DNA of 48,548 nt from Chloroflexota bacterium (GTDB lineage: Bacteria > Chloroflexota > Anaerolineae > Aggregatilineales > J027): positions 1 to 48,548 of the forward strand of contig RFGP01000077.1 in the NCBI GenBank assembly GCA_003697365.1, read 5' to 3'. Made by a program: the position numbers and the translations under genes. Shown here piece after piece: positions 34,764 through 45,700 of the stretch (positions within the stretch are counted from its first letter, which is position 1; every line of letters starts with the position of its first letter). Under the pieces are notes generated by a model that searched no databases, was not told the DNA's origin, and was given only the letters and a program-made list of their open reading frames with translations.

Positions 34764-37700
34764 CTATTCAGCAGCAAATGTAAATTGCATGTCGAGAACA
34801 ATCACATATATACCACCGCGCGATGTATATAACACTGGTATCAGCGGCGTTCCTATTGGGTAGTTGGGCTCTGAAGTGCCTAATAATTGATCTTGGATAT
34901 ATAAGGACACTGTTCCATCGTCGTTACGTTCGATACGAATGTCAACGGTTACGCTTTCATCAGTAAAACTAGTACGTTCTCGATATTGATCATTTTCACG
35001 AATGCCCCATTCAATAACATTTGCGCGCGGTATGCGAATTTCAGCAGAAACACGTTCACGCTCTGTATTTTCTACACCCAAGCCAAAATGAATGCCATCT
35101 CCAATTCCTTGAGCATCACTTGGTAATGGTAAGGCAAGATTCATCTGTGCCTCAACAACCATTAAACGATTTGCCGCGTTCTCTGTCCCATAAAGGAGCG
35201 CAATATCGGACTGTTCTATTTTTACAACAACAGGGCCGCTTTGCCGACCTTCTGCTGAATAAAGCTGCCACGGACCACCTACGCTGGCGATAAAGCGCTC
35301 TTGTCCCCAACTATAAATGCCAGCATCACTTTGATTCAGCAATGCTAGTACATCAATTGTGAGGGAGTCAGTGGTTATGGGCACACTTTGCGTGGGAATG
35401 GGCGGGGGCAATGTTTGCGTGGGCGTTGCCGTAGGCACTGTTGCTGTTGGTGTGAGGGTTTGTGTGGGTGTTGTTGTTGGCAAATCTGTTGCCGTTGCCG
35501 TAGGAGAGATGGGCGTTTCTGAAGCTGTAGGCACTATGGTAGGAATATCTGTATTGGTAGGTACTATGGCAATTTCTACTTCTTTGGTGCTTGTGGGCGA
35601 AGTGATGACAGCTATATTAGATGAACCTTCATTTTTATTTGTATCATCACTGCTTCCGAAGCCTCCTAATCCTACAAAAGCGACAATTCCCAATAATACA
35701 ACAACAACAGCAATGATAATGCCATACGGTAGGTCATTACCTGTGGACTCATCGGTGAACTCTACGTCAGCGATAGGTTCATTTGCTATAAAAGCTGGTT
35801 GATCGGGTTCTTGTGGTGATTGATTGCTTCGACGTTGCCTACGTGGTTTAGGTTGTGTATCCAATTTTTCTGTTTCTGACACTTCTGGCTGGGCGATGGC
35901 AACGTGTCCTATTTCAGTATTAGTTGGTGGCGTTTCTGCTAGATTTTGCGTGACTTCGCGCCAAATTTGGTATAGGCGATAGATTGGGTGCCGATTAATG
36001 AACAAATTAGCAAAATGATTTTTAAAATCATTTAGTTTTTCTATTTTGGTAAGGGTTTCATCTGTGTATGTATTTTTCACAGCACGATACGTTGAAAGCC
36101 ATTGCTGGACTTGATGAGCATGGCTTGGCCCTAATTGTTGTTCTGTAGCAGAAACAATTCCGATGAGCGTTTCTTCAATGGTTTCGTTGGGCGGAATATA
36201 CTGACCGGGAGGCGGAACTTTGGTCGTGTGTGCAATTTCCTCTAAGCGCAGCTTAGCTGCTTGTAAATCGGCAGCAGTATCTCGTAAGCGCCGAAGTTTG
36301 ATACGCAAGTTATCGGTATCTATAGCGCTATTGGTATTTTCTTCTAGTTGTGAAATAGCTGTATCTAGTGCATCGCGTGCTGCCTTGAATTCCCCATCTT
36401 CCCAATGCCGAACGGCAACATCAAGTTGCCGAATGGCTAGCTGAAACTGAGGCACCCATTTTTCGGCAAGGGGTGTGTTCAGTAAGGCGCGAATCTTCAA
36501 TAAATCACTAACCGTTGTTGCATTCTCAAGGGCATTATGAAGCTGACTAACTAAAGTTTGCCCTGCTAGCTGCTCTTCTAAAATTTGAAAAAGTATATTG
36601 CTCTCAACATTAGGCAATGTTTTTTGAGCCGCATTTTGCCAAAAACGGGCACTATCAAGATCGTGTTCTTGAATAGCCATCATGCCCTGAAAAACATAAT
36701 GAAGGAACAAAATACGTATACTAATACTGCTATACTCTCGTAACGATTCTAGCAAGTCATCATTAAGAGATGCGAGATAATCTTGTTCGCTACGCATCTT
36801 TGCCGTGAATTGTTCAAGCGCTTGTTGTTCTTCTCGCGTAAAGAGTTCAACAACTGCTTGTTCGGCACGACGAGTACGCTCAAAACTGGTTTGTCCTTCT
36901 TGCTCTAGCCAGTGTATAGGAATTTTACAAAGCTCTGAGAGGCGTTTAATGGTTTGTGTCTCGCCGACTGAAGTGGTTAGTGAGAAAGCTCCTTCTGTTT
37001 TGTATTCAGCATCTCGAAACTTACCTTGATCCCAAAGTTGGTAGATTTCGATGAGCTTCGCCGAAAGTTCCACATTAGGGCCCAATTGTTCTATTTGAGC
37101 AGTTGTGCGGACTACATCAGCACGTTGACGTGCCCACTGCGCGATTTTTGTATTATAAGGAGCAATGAGGCGTGCTAGTCTTATGAGATTGGCTTTGGTG
37201 GCGGCGCGGTGTCCACTGATTAAAGCATCGCTTATTTGCTGCCATAATTCGGCGCTGGTTTGTAGCGTATTTAATGCTTCATTCAGTGCTTCATCTCTTA
37301 AATCCTGCGCGTAGGGGGATAAAATCCCGATGACGCGCTCAAACCAATCACCTAAGTTTGTGCCCTCAACATCTGGAGTAAAGTTGGCAACAGCTTCAAT
37401 TGCAAGGTGAATTTCTTCAAAATAATCATGTAGTTGTTTGAATAAGTTTTGCTTGGGGTCTAGCTGATATGCTGTTTCTAAGGACTCTGTTGCTTTATCA
37501 GGTTGGCTATAAACATTTTGCGCCGCAATATCTAAATTTTTGATAATGTATGTGATGATCTCTTGAGCGCGTGCTAAAACATCTAAAGTGCGTTCATGTC
37601 CAGCATAGACAATTGGTAACGATTCTAGCTGGTGATAACCATACGTATATATATCACGTACATATGTTAGGGTTAACTCTTCTGGAACAGTGTTTAGTTT

Positions 37701-39083
37701 TGTGAGTATTTGACGCAATGTTGTTTTGGCTGAAGTCCCATCTCCCAACAGTTCTGCATCAAATTCTAAACGAGTGAGTAGTGGCCTCAATAATGCCACA
37801 TTCGGAATCATTGCTGTTAAGCGTTCAGCCAATAGTTGATTAATGAGCGTTGGGCTATTGTGTAGTAATAATGCTGCTTGATAGGGTTCGTCCTGTTCTA
37901 GCAAGTGGATAGCTGATGCCAACTCGGACGGTGGTTCATTTAACCCACGTTGTTCAAGTAATTCTGCAGCAGCTACGATGAAACGAATAACAGGGGCTGT
38001 TTGTTCATCTGCTGTATCCAACAGCGCCATCATCGTTTCCATTGCACGATACCAATTGCCATTGTCTAAGTAGATCAAAGCTGCATCAATATCTGCTAAG
38101 GTTCGTAGGCGTTGCATTTGAATTTCAATTTCACTTTGCAGAGCAGCAACTTCAGGGTAACCACTATCCATTTGACGTGCTTCATCTAGGCGTTTGGCAA
38201 GGGATTCTAGCTCTTGTTGACTGTTACGAGTGGATAATTTTTGTTTTATTTCTTGTAAAATGGCATTGCGCTGTTCTTGAAGCGGGCGACGAATTTCGCT
38301 TAATTGTTGACGCAACTCGGCTATGGTTGCATAGCGTTTGCGTAAATTGGGATGTGTGGCACGAGTGATAACTTGTTGCAAACTTGCTGGAACGTGTGGG
38401 GCATCCAGTCCAAAAATAACAGCATGTTCTCCGTCAGGACTCGTTTCACTTTCAAATCTTTTGCCACCAGTCACAATAAAATAAAGCAGTTCACCTACTT
38501 GATAAATGTCAGTTTGTCGTGTGACTTGATTGGTACCTTGTTCATCTAATAAAACAGCATTGCCCCAATCGATTACTTTCAAGCGATAGTGTTCGCGATC
38601 CCAAAAGAGATGTTTAGCGTCGACATCGTTATAAACTACTTGTTGGTCATGCGCTACCATTAACAAATCCAAGAGTTCATCAACAATGACGAGGGTCTCT
38701 AATAATGGCAGACGCTCACCTTTGCTTGCTAGCTCGCGCACTAAATCTGCGACAATTTCACCATGAGCACGGTCTAGTACAATATATTCATGCGTTTGTC
38801 CCCCCACTCGAAAAGTTCCAACATAGCGCAATTCGACAAGGGCAGGATGCCCACTCAAACGTTCAAGCGCTTTGCGTTCTGTGCGTATGCTAATTTCTTG
38901 AGCGGCGCGCATCGGGGGGGCATCTTGAGGTGCGGGGCGCTTGATTACTAACAAAATATGAGGATCGTTTATATCCCAAGCGCGCAATGTTTCGCCTGAG
39001 CGCCCACGTGGAAATATGTAATCATATTGATAGCGACCGTCAAACGTTCCAATCCGTCCACTTGAAGGTGGTGTTTCTGTCAT
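34764..39083 (-). CDS. membrane-spanning atypical Ser/Thr kinase-like protein (kinase, long helical region, TM, Thr stalk, beta domain)
   Basis: RGRSG, VIK, TERKAL, YNDVDAKH, VIDWG, DIYQVGELLYFIVTG; about 800 aa helical region; TM IIIAVVVVLLGIVAFVGL; beta-rich C-terminus (VDIRIERNDDGTVSLYI). Confidence 0.85.
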   Translation of the reverse strand: MTETPPSSGRIGTFDGRYQYDYIFPRGRSGETLRAWDINDPHILLVIKRPAPQDAPPMRAAQEISIRTERKALERLSGHPALVELRYVGTFRVGGQTHEYIVLDRAHGEIVADLVRELASKGERLPLLETLVIVDELLDLLMVAHDQQVVYNDVDAKHLFWDREHYRLKVIDWGNAVLLDEQGTNQVTRQTDIYQVGELLYFIVTGGKRFESETSPDGEHAVIFGLDAPHVPASLQQVITRATHPNLRKRYATIAELRQQLSEIRRPLQEQRNAILQEIKQKLSTRNSQQELESLAKRLDEARQMDSGYPEVAALQSEIEIQMQRLRTLADIDAALIYLDNGNWYRAMETMMALLDTADEQTAPVIRFIVAAAELLEQRGLNEPPSELASAIHLLEQDEPYQAALLLHNSPTLINQLLAERLTAMIPNVALLRPLLTRLEFDAELLGDGTSAKTTLRQILTKLNTVPEELTLTYVRDIYTYGYHQLESLPIVYAGHERTLDVLARAQEIITYIIKNLDIAAQNVYSQPDKATESLETAYQLDPKQNLFKQLHDYFEEIHLAIEAVANFTPDVEGTNLGDWFERVIGILSPYAQDLRDEALNEALNTLQTSAELWQQISDALISGHRAATKANLIRLARLIAPYNTKIAQWARQRADVVRTTAQIEQLGPNVELSAKLIEIYQLWDQGKFRDAEYKTEGAFSLTTSVGETQTIKRLSELCKIPIHWLEQEGQTSFERTRRAEQAVVELFTREEQQALEQFTAKMRSEQDYLASLNDDLLESLREYSSISIRILFLHYVFQGMMAIQEHDLDSARFWQNAAQKTLPNVESNILFQILEEQLAGQTLVSQLHNALENATTVSDLLKIRALLNTPLAEKWVPQFQLAIRQLDVAVRHWEDGEFKAARDALDTAISQLEENTNSAIDTDNLRIKLRRLRDTAADLQAAKLRLEEIAHTTKVPPPGQYIPPNETIEETLIGIVSATEQQLGPSHAHQVQQWLSTYRAVKNTYTDETLTKIEKLNDFKNHFANLFINRHPIYRLYQIWREVTQNLAETPPTNTEIGHVAIAQPEVSETEKLDTQPKPRRQRRSNQSPQEPDQPAFIANEPIADVEFTDESTGNDLPYGIIIAVVVVLLGIVAFVGLGGFGSSDDTNKNEGSSNIAVITSPTSTKEVEIAIVPTNTDIPTIVPTASETPISPTATATDLPTTTPTQTLTPTATVPTATPTQTLPPPIPTQSVPITTDSLTIDVLALLNQSDAGIYSWGQERFIASVGGPWQLYSAEGRQSGPVVVKIEQSDIALLYGTENAANRLMVVEAQMNLALPLPSDAQGIGDGIHFGLGVENTERERVSAEIRIPRANVIEWGIRENDQYRERTSFTDESVTVDIRIERNDDGTVSLYIQDQLLGTSEPNYPIGTPLIPVLYTSRGGIYVIVLDMQFTFAAE

Positions 39084-39223
39084 AGAAAGCTCCAGCTAAT
39101 CTCTAAAACCACTGCTAATTGTACTAGTGCGATATTTTTTTTCAACTTCACTATTAGCCTATTGATGCTATAATTTCTCGATAAGATGTTAAAAGGTTTA
39201 GTGTAAAAGGATACCAAAACCCC

Positions 39224-40186
39224 ATGAGTGCAGCTGCTTTACCGCGCAATGCGGGTATTCCACTAGATTTATCATGGGTCGAAAGTGTGCGCGTCAATAC
39301 AAGTGCAATTGAACGACGAACTGCCACTTTGACCAAGCGACGCTCTGTCAAAAAAGATTGGCAGGCAGCATGGCTGTTAAAAGCCATTACTATGATCGAT
39401 TTAACAACGCTATCAGGAGATGATACTCCCGGTAATGTCGCGCGTTTATGTGCAAAAGCGCGCACACCGCTTCGGCATGATATGCAATCAGAACTAGGCT
39501 TGCAAGTTGGCACATTGCATACAGCTGCTGTATGTGTATATCATGCACGTCTTGCAGATGCGATTGCAAATTTGAAAGGCACAAATATTACCGTTGCCGC
39601 TGTTTCAGCAGGATTCCCCGCTGGACTAAGTCCTTTTCCACAACGTATTGCTGAAATTCATGCAAGTGTTGCTGAAGGCGCTGATGAGATCGATATTGTT
39701 ATTACTCGTGAACATGTTTTGCGGGGGAATTGGAAGGCTTTATATGACGAAGTGCGCCAAATGCGAGAAGCATGTGGAGAGGCACACATGAAAGCCATTT
39801 TAGCAACAGGTGAACTGGGCACATTGCGCAATGTAGGCAAGGCGAGTTTGGTCTGTATGATGGCTGGGGCTGATTTTATTAAAACTTCGACAGGAAAAGA
39901 AACTGTCAATGCAACGCTAGAAGTTGGTTTGGTCATGGTTCGTGCGATTCGTGAATATTGCCAACGCACAGATTATCGTGTCGGATTTAAGCCAGCAGGA
40001 GGTATCCGAACGGCGAAGGATGCACTGAACTGGTTGATCTTAATGAAAGAAGAATTAGGTGACGAATGGCTGAGACCTGATTTATTTCGTTTTGGTGCCA
40101 GCAGCTTGCTAACGGATATTGAGCGCCAACTATCGCACTATCTAACAGGGCGTTATGCGGCTCGCCATCATATGCCAATGGGATAA
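39224..40186 (+). CDS. deoC: deoxyribose-phosphate aldolase (long form)
   Basis: IDLTTLSGDDT, AAVCVY, GADEIDIVI, HMKAILATGEL, ADFIKTSTGK, GFKPAGGI, FRFGASSLL. Confidence 0.96.
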   Translation: MSAAALPRNAGIPLDLSWVESVRVNTSAIERRTATLTKRRSVKKDWQAAWLLKAITMIDLTTLSGDDTPGNVARLCAKARTPLRHDMQSELGLQVGTLHTAAVCVYHARLADAIANLKGTNITVAAVSAGFPAGLSPFPQRIAEIHASVAEGADEIDIVITREHVLRGNWKALYDEVRQMREACGEAHMKAILATGELGTLRNVGKASLVCMMAGADFIKTSTGKETVNATLEVGLVMVRAIREYCQRTDYRVGFKPAGGIRTAKDALNWLILMKEELGDEWLRPDLFRFGASSLLTDIERQLSHYLTGRYAARHHMPMG

Positions 40187-40239
40187 GTGTTGACGATCAC
40201 AATGCAAAATTGAGTGTGTATTCTGAAAGGTCGTATCTT

Positions 40240-42660
40240 ATGGACGTTTTAAAGTTAATGCAGACAATGGAGTATGGCCCTGCGCCTGAATCACCTTCAG
40301 CGGCGTATGCTTGGCTTGATGCTCATCAACGTAAGTTTGATCTCTTCATCAATGGAACGTGGGTAGCCCCTTCTAGTAATCAATATCTAAAAGCAATCAA
40401 TCCTGCAAAAGATGAATTGCTTGCAGAAGTTGCAGATGCTAATGCAGAAGATGTCGATGCTGCGGTAAAGGCTGCTCGCGCAGCTTTTGAGACGTGGAGC
40501 AAGACAAATGGACATCTTCGTGCTCGTTATTTGTATGCGATTGCGCGAAATATCCAAAAACACCAACGTTTACTTGCTGTTGTTGAAGCTCTGGATAATG
40601 GAAAATCAATCCGTGAAACACGCGATATTGATGTTCCTTTGGTGGCGCGACATTTCTACCATCATGCTGGTTGGGCACAGCTAATGGATACCGAGTTATC
40701 ATCGTATCAGCCCGTAGGTGTGGTGGGCCAGATTATCCCTTGGAACTTTCCGCTCTTGATGTTGGCTTGGAAAATTGCGCCTGCACTTGCAATGGGGAAT
40801 ACAGTTGTGATCAAGCCTGCACCCCATACAAATTTGTCTGCTTTACTATTTGCTGAAATCATTAGCGAGGTTGGTCTACCCGCAGGTGTGGTTAATATTG
40901 TAACTGGTGGTGATCAGACTGGGGCTTTCATCACAGAGCATCCTGATTTTGACAAAATCGCTTTTACGGGCTCAACTCATGTAGGGCGAATTATTCGGCG
41001 CGTGACAGCAGGCACGGGCAAGAAACTTTCATTAGAACTAGGTGGCAAGTCGCCTTTTATGGTTTTTGAAGACGCTGATCAAGATAGCGCCGTAGAAGGT
41101 CTTGTTGATGCTATTTGGTTTAATCAAGGGCAGGTTTGCTGCGCTGGGTCACGCTTGCTTGTACAAGAAAGCATTGCGGATGGGTTTTTGGCAAAAGTAA
41201 AAGCGCGTATGAAAACCTTAAGAGTTGGGGATTCGCTTGACAAAGGCATTGATATGGGGGCAGTGGTTGCGCCCGTACAATATGAAACGATTGATCGCCT
41301 TGTGAAAGTTGGCGTAGCAGAAGGTGCCGATTTATTCCAAGCCGATACGCCTATCCCTACTAAAGGTTGCTATTATCCACCGACCTTGCTCACTAATGTA
41401 CAGCCGTCTTCTACGGTAGCACAAGAAGAAATCTTTGGCCCTGTTTTGGTGGCCATGACTTTCCGTACTATTCGTGAAGGCATTGAACTTGCGAACAACA
41501 CCCGTTATGGCTTAGCTGGTAGTGTTTGGAGTGAGAATATCAACCTTGCTTTGTATGTTGCTCAACACATTAAGGCGGGCAGCATTTGGATAAACTGTAC
41601 TAATTTATTTGATGCCGCAGCGGGTTTTGGTGGCTATCGAGAAAGCGGCTTTGGCCGTGAAGGTGGCCGCGAGGGTTTATTAGAATATGTGCGTCCTAAG
41701 TGGGAAGAGCGTCCTCGTCCTAGTTTTACGCCTAACCCAGATTGGGGAAAGCATATTCCACCCTCTCCTAAATCGTTAAATGGTGCTGCACCTTCGCAAA
41801 ATGGATTGCCAGCTATTGATCGCACGCCAAAGCTGTATATTGGCGGCAAGCAGAAGCGTCCAGATGGTAACTATACGCGCGCGGTGATGAATCCAAAGGG
41901 CGAGCTAGTTGGGCAAGTGGGCGATGGTAATCGTAAAGATATTCGTGATGCCGTTGAAGCTGCTCATAAAGCTCTAGCAGGATGGGCAGCACGTGATGCT
42001 CATAATCGCGCTCAAATTCTCTATTATATTGCTGAAAATTTGGCTGCACGTGAAAGCGAATTTGTTGCGCGGCTGCAAACAATGATGGGAGTAAGCGCTA
42101 AGCAAGCAGCCCAAGAATTTGCTGCGAGCTTAGAACGTTGGTTTATTTATGCGGCATGGGCAGATAAATATGGCGGCACAATCCAAGAAACACCTTTGCG
42201 TGGCGTTACAATGGCTGTGCATGAACCCATAGGGGTGGTTGGGATCGCGTGCCCTGATGAATATCCGTTACTTGCATTTTCATCATTAGTCGCCCCAGCA
42301 ATTGCGCGTGGTAATGCGGTTGTTGTTATACCATCATCTCAATATCCTCTCAGTGCCACAGATTTTTATCAAGTGCTCGATACATCAGATGTGCCGAGTG
42401 GTGTAGTAAATATTGTCACAGGAGACCGCGATCATTTGAGTAAGACTCTTGTTGAGCACGATGATGTTGATGCCATGTGGTATTTTGGTAGCGCGGAAGG
42501 TAGCTATGCGATTGAATATGCTTCGGCATCAAATATGAAGCGCACATGGGTGAATTATGGGCAATCTCTCAATTGGCTTGATGTTACTCAAACAAGCGGA
42601 GAAGTTGTCTTGCACCATGCAACTCAGGTGAAGAATATTTGGGTGCCAACGGGAGAGTAG
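40240..42660 (+). CDS. double-length aldehyde dehydrogenase (ALDH16-like)
   Basis: IIPWNFP, FTGST, LELGGKSP (Glu), QGQVCCAG (Cys), EEIFGPV, then a second partial ALDH module; ATG at 40240 after GAAAGG. Confidence 0.93.
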   Translation: MDVLKLMQTMEYGPAPESPSAAYAWLDAHQRKFDLFINGTWVAPSSNQYLKAINPAKDELLAEVADANAEDVDAAVKAARAAFETWSKTNGHLRARYLYAIARNIQKHQRLLAVVEALDNGKSIRETRDIDVPLVARHFYHHAGWAQLMDTELSSYQPVGVVGQIIPWNFPLLMLAWKIAPALAMGNTVVIKPAPHTNLSALLFAEIISEVGLPAGVVNIVTGGDQTGAFITEHPDFDKIAFTGSTHVGRIIRRVTAGTGKKLSLELGGKSPFMVFEDADQDSAVEGLVDAIWFNQGQVCCAGSRLLVQESIADGFLAKVKARMKTLRVGDSLDKGIDMGAVVAPVQYETIDRLVKVGVAEGADLFQADTPIPTKGCYYPPTLLTNVQPSSTVAQEEIFGPVLVAMTFRTIREGIELANNTRYGLAGSVWSENINLALYVAQHIKAGSIWINCTNLFDAAAGFGGYRESGFGREGGREGLLEYVRPKWEERPRPSFTPNPDWGKHIPPSPKSLNGAAPSQNGLPAIDRTPKLYIGGKQKRPDGNYTRAVMNPKGELVGQVGDGNRKDIRDAVEAAHKALAGWAARDAHNRAQILYYIAENLAARESEFVARLQTMMGVSAKQAAQEFAASLERWFIYAAWADKYGGTIQETPLRGVTMAVHEPIGVVGIACPDEYPLLAFSSLVAPAIARGNAVVVIPSSQYPLSATDFYQVLDTSDVPSGVVNIVTGDRDHLSKTLVEHDDVDAMWYFGSAEGSYAIEYASASNMKRTWVNYGQSLNWLDVTQTSGEVVLHHATQVKNIWVPTGE

Positions 42661-42669
42661 GGGGTAAAA

Positions 42670-42701
42670 TTTATCAGCCACCAGAAATGGTGGCTGATAA
42701 A
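42670..42701. terminator. hairpin between convergent ALDH and pilin-adhesin genes
   Basis: TTTATCAGCCACCA-gaaa-TGGTGGCTGATAAA, a perfect 14-bp stem. Confidence 0.85.
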
Positions 42702-42721
42702 CTTAACTTGTGAAGGCAGAT

Positions 42722-45700
42722 TTATTCAATAATACGAATATTATCAATCCACCAACCTTCTCTTGGCCCATCACTTGTTAAGGCATCAAGCCGGAATCTG
42801 AATGTCACCAAATTACCCGCATAAGGTGTGAGGTCTGCAGTCATTGTTTCCCAATTGAGATCTGTTCCACTTGTTCTTTGGTAAATAGTTGTCCAAGTGA
42901 AACCACCATCGGTTGAGACATCAAGGTTAATACGATGATTATTGCCCAGATCGTAGCGCTGATCCCAATACAGCGTATAGTTACTACTGGCAGGAATGTT
43001 GACAAGCCCTTCAAGTTCAACAACGGACTCTGTGCGTCGGTCATAATTTCCTGATGGGCTATCGGTGAACATCTTGCTTTCACCTTCGATATTGAAGATG
43101 AAGTCCGATGAGCCCTTGTTATGGATGAAGTGTACCATCACCGTCACATTGCCAGCTGGGAAATTGATAGGTGGAGAAGTAAAGCTCTCTGAAACACCGC
43201 AATTAAACCATCGATGTTCATAGGTGGGGTTACTAAGGTCCGGCAATGTTCCAGTAGGATATACCCAAACGCGCACACCATCATCAGATAGACCTGAAAA
43301 TTGGTACGTTGTCGCTGCTGGAATATAGAAGTTACGAATGAACACTGCTCCCCAACGGTTATCTACAGTGATACCATTGCTTGAAGGTGTGCCATCACTC
43401 CAAGTGAAGTTGATTTCATCAAGTGTAGATGTTCCTACTTGAGAGCCGAAGTCTATATAGGCACTACCACTGCAACCTCGACCGTTATCATACCATTCAA
43501 CATCCCATTGACCGGGACCAAGCGATGGGCCACTTCCAAAGCTGCGATATTCTGTAACAACATCCCACTCGTGCTCAAGGACAAACTCACCGGGATTGAG
43601 AGCCTCTATGTCCTCATTGTAGGGGGGGATATAGGTAGCTTCTTCAGTACGACTGATAATTTGAACATCGTCTAGATAAGCACCATCTCTACCGCGGTTA
43701 TTAAGGCTTTGGGCTTGCCAACGCACACGGATGTTTTGACCGATGTAAGGCCGTAAGTCAACTTCCATGCGATGCCAGCCATCGTTGCGTACATTTTCTA
43801 ATTGTGTACTCGGAACTGCTGTCCAGTCAGAGAGCAAGCGCCCAGCGGCATCTGCAAGTGCAATTTCTACTTCCCAATGTAATCTGTTGCGACTAATGTT
43901 ATATTTTGTCCAATAGTATAGTGCGGGATCAATGGCTCCTGTCAGGTTTACAGTCGGACGAAGCTCTATGATGCCAGTTTCATCAACTTGCATATTGCCC
44001 GGTGTGTCTTCCCAAGAATAGGTACCGCTATGAGCTGTTGAGCTTGTGATTTGCCATTTTCCGCTTGTATACCAGTTGAAAGTTCCCGCTTCCATATCAT
44101 CCGCAAATGGTAGGGTGATAAGTGGTTCTGGCATGTCTAAGAAACAGAAGGTATCAATGTACCAACCGTCTTCTTCGACGCTACCATTGGCAAATAGGCG
44201 GAAGCGTATCTTAAGGCCGGGTACACCGGGGGCTGTTGTACCAATATAAGGCGTTAGGTCAATGACTTCACGCATCCATGATTGAACTTCATCGAGTCTT
44301 TCATCATATTGCGGAATTGAGACATCCCAATATGGATATGGATCAAGTTTGTTTTGCCCCGCGAAGTTATTATCATTGTCAATAAAGCTGAAGACCTTTG
44401 TCCATGAGAAACCATCATCGGGCGAAATTTCAACGACAAGCTCGTCATCCGAGTCGTCACCTTCTCTGATGTCCCATTGATGGTAGAAGGTCACTACAGG
44501 GCGTGTCATAGAGTCAATCTCAAGGTATGGAACGAACTCAGCTGTATAATTCGAGTTTCTCGCGTAGTACCCTGAGGGGCTATCTGTTAAGGCAAATGCG
44601 CCGTCTCGAACAATACTGCTGGTAAGTCCCCAATTTCCATTGAGTACCCAATTGGCTGTTCCACCGTCAAAAGTATCACAGTCTCCTACACCTGCTGTGA
44701 CAGTTGGCTTATTACGGAACTCAATATCATCGATAACCCACCCTTGATCGGTGTTGCTGCCATCTGTCTCTAGGCGGAAGCGAATATAAACGCGGGATTG
44801 CCCGATGTAAGAAGCAGGGATTGTTGCGACTGCTTGTGTCCAGCTTTCAACAGCAATATCACCAGTTGCCATTGGGCCGGGAGGTTGATACCCAAAAATG
44901 GAACGGGTTTCAAGAGGTGACCAATTTATTTTATCGGTTGAAATTTCAACATAGATACGATCAACAGGGTCAAGATCAACATACTGCCAAAATACTACTT
45001 CAGGCGCAGTCACAGGTACTGGACTGCTGGAAGACAAATCCAAGCGTCCATTTAGACGTATGCTGGTGTTGGTATTGTTTTGGTAGTTTGAACCCGGGCT
45101 GTCATCCCAAGCTGTACCAGAGCGTGCTCTAGCATTAGAGACTGTCCATGTGCCTTCTGGTATCCAGTGATCAGCAGTATCAACAGGGTCTTGGAAGCCT
45201 AGATAGTAGGGTGTTTCAGGGATTTCTCGAATACTAATATCATCGATCCACCATCCATCACGTTCATTACTATTGTCGCTTCGCATGATAAAGCGCAATT
45301 CAATGCGATTTCCGCGGAAGTCAGTTAAACCACCTAGATCATCGGCAAAGCGTGCCAAGTCAATACGCTGACGAGTAAATGTCCAATTAGTGACAGGGCC
45401 GTCATGAACAGTAAGGAATTTCCAATCATCAGTGCCCTCAATGGCGATTGCAACTAAGGCTTTGTCAAAGCTATTGATGTCATAGCGATCATAGAATTCA
45501 AGATAAGGTTCTACGGCACCTGTTAGATCAACAGTACCGCGCAGACGCATCACACATTCTTGGTTACGGAAGTAATAGCGTCCGACACTGTCATGCCATG
45601 AGGGTGGTGATGTATTACCTGTACCGCTGTCTAGTTCCCAATTACAGGCTGGTGTAGTGTTTTCTGTGCTCTTGTTCATCGTTACGGTGAGGCGGCCAGC

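Noticed and set aside
35359-35802. Val/Gly-rich + strand ORFs (also 19810, 30210, 31209, 31629, 46227)
   Set aside because: They are antisense shadows of the Thr/Pro-rich regions of real minus-strand genes.
31025-39083. Genomic island integrated at tRNA-Val carrying the kinase operon
   Set aside because: No integrase, no duplicated tRNA 3' end seen, and no obvious compositional shift.
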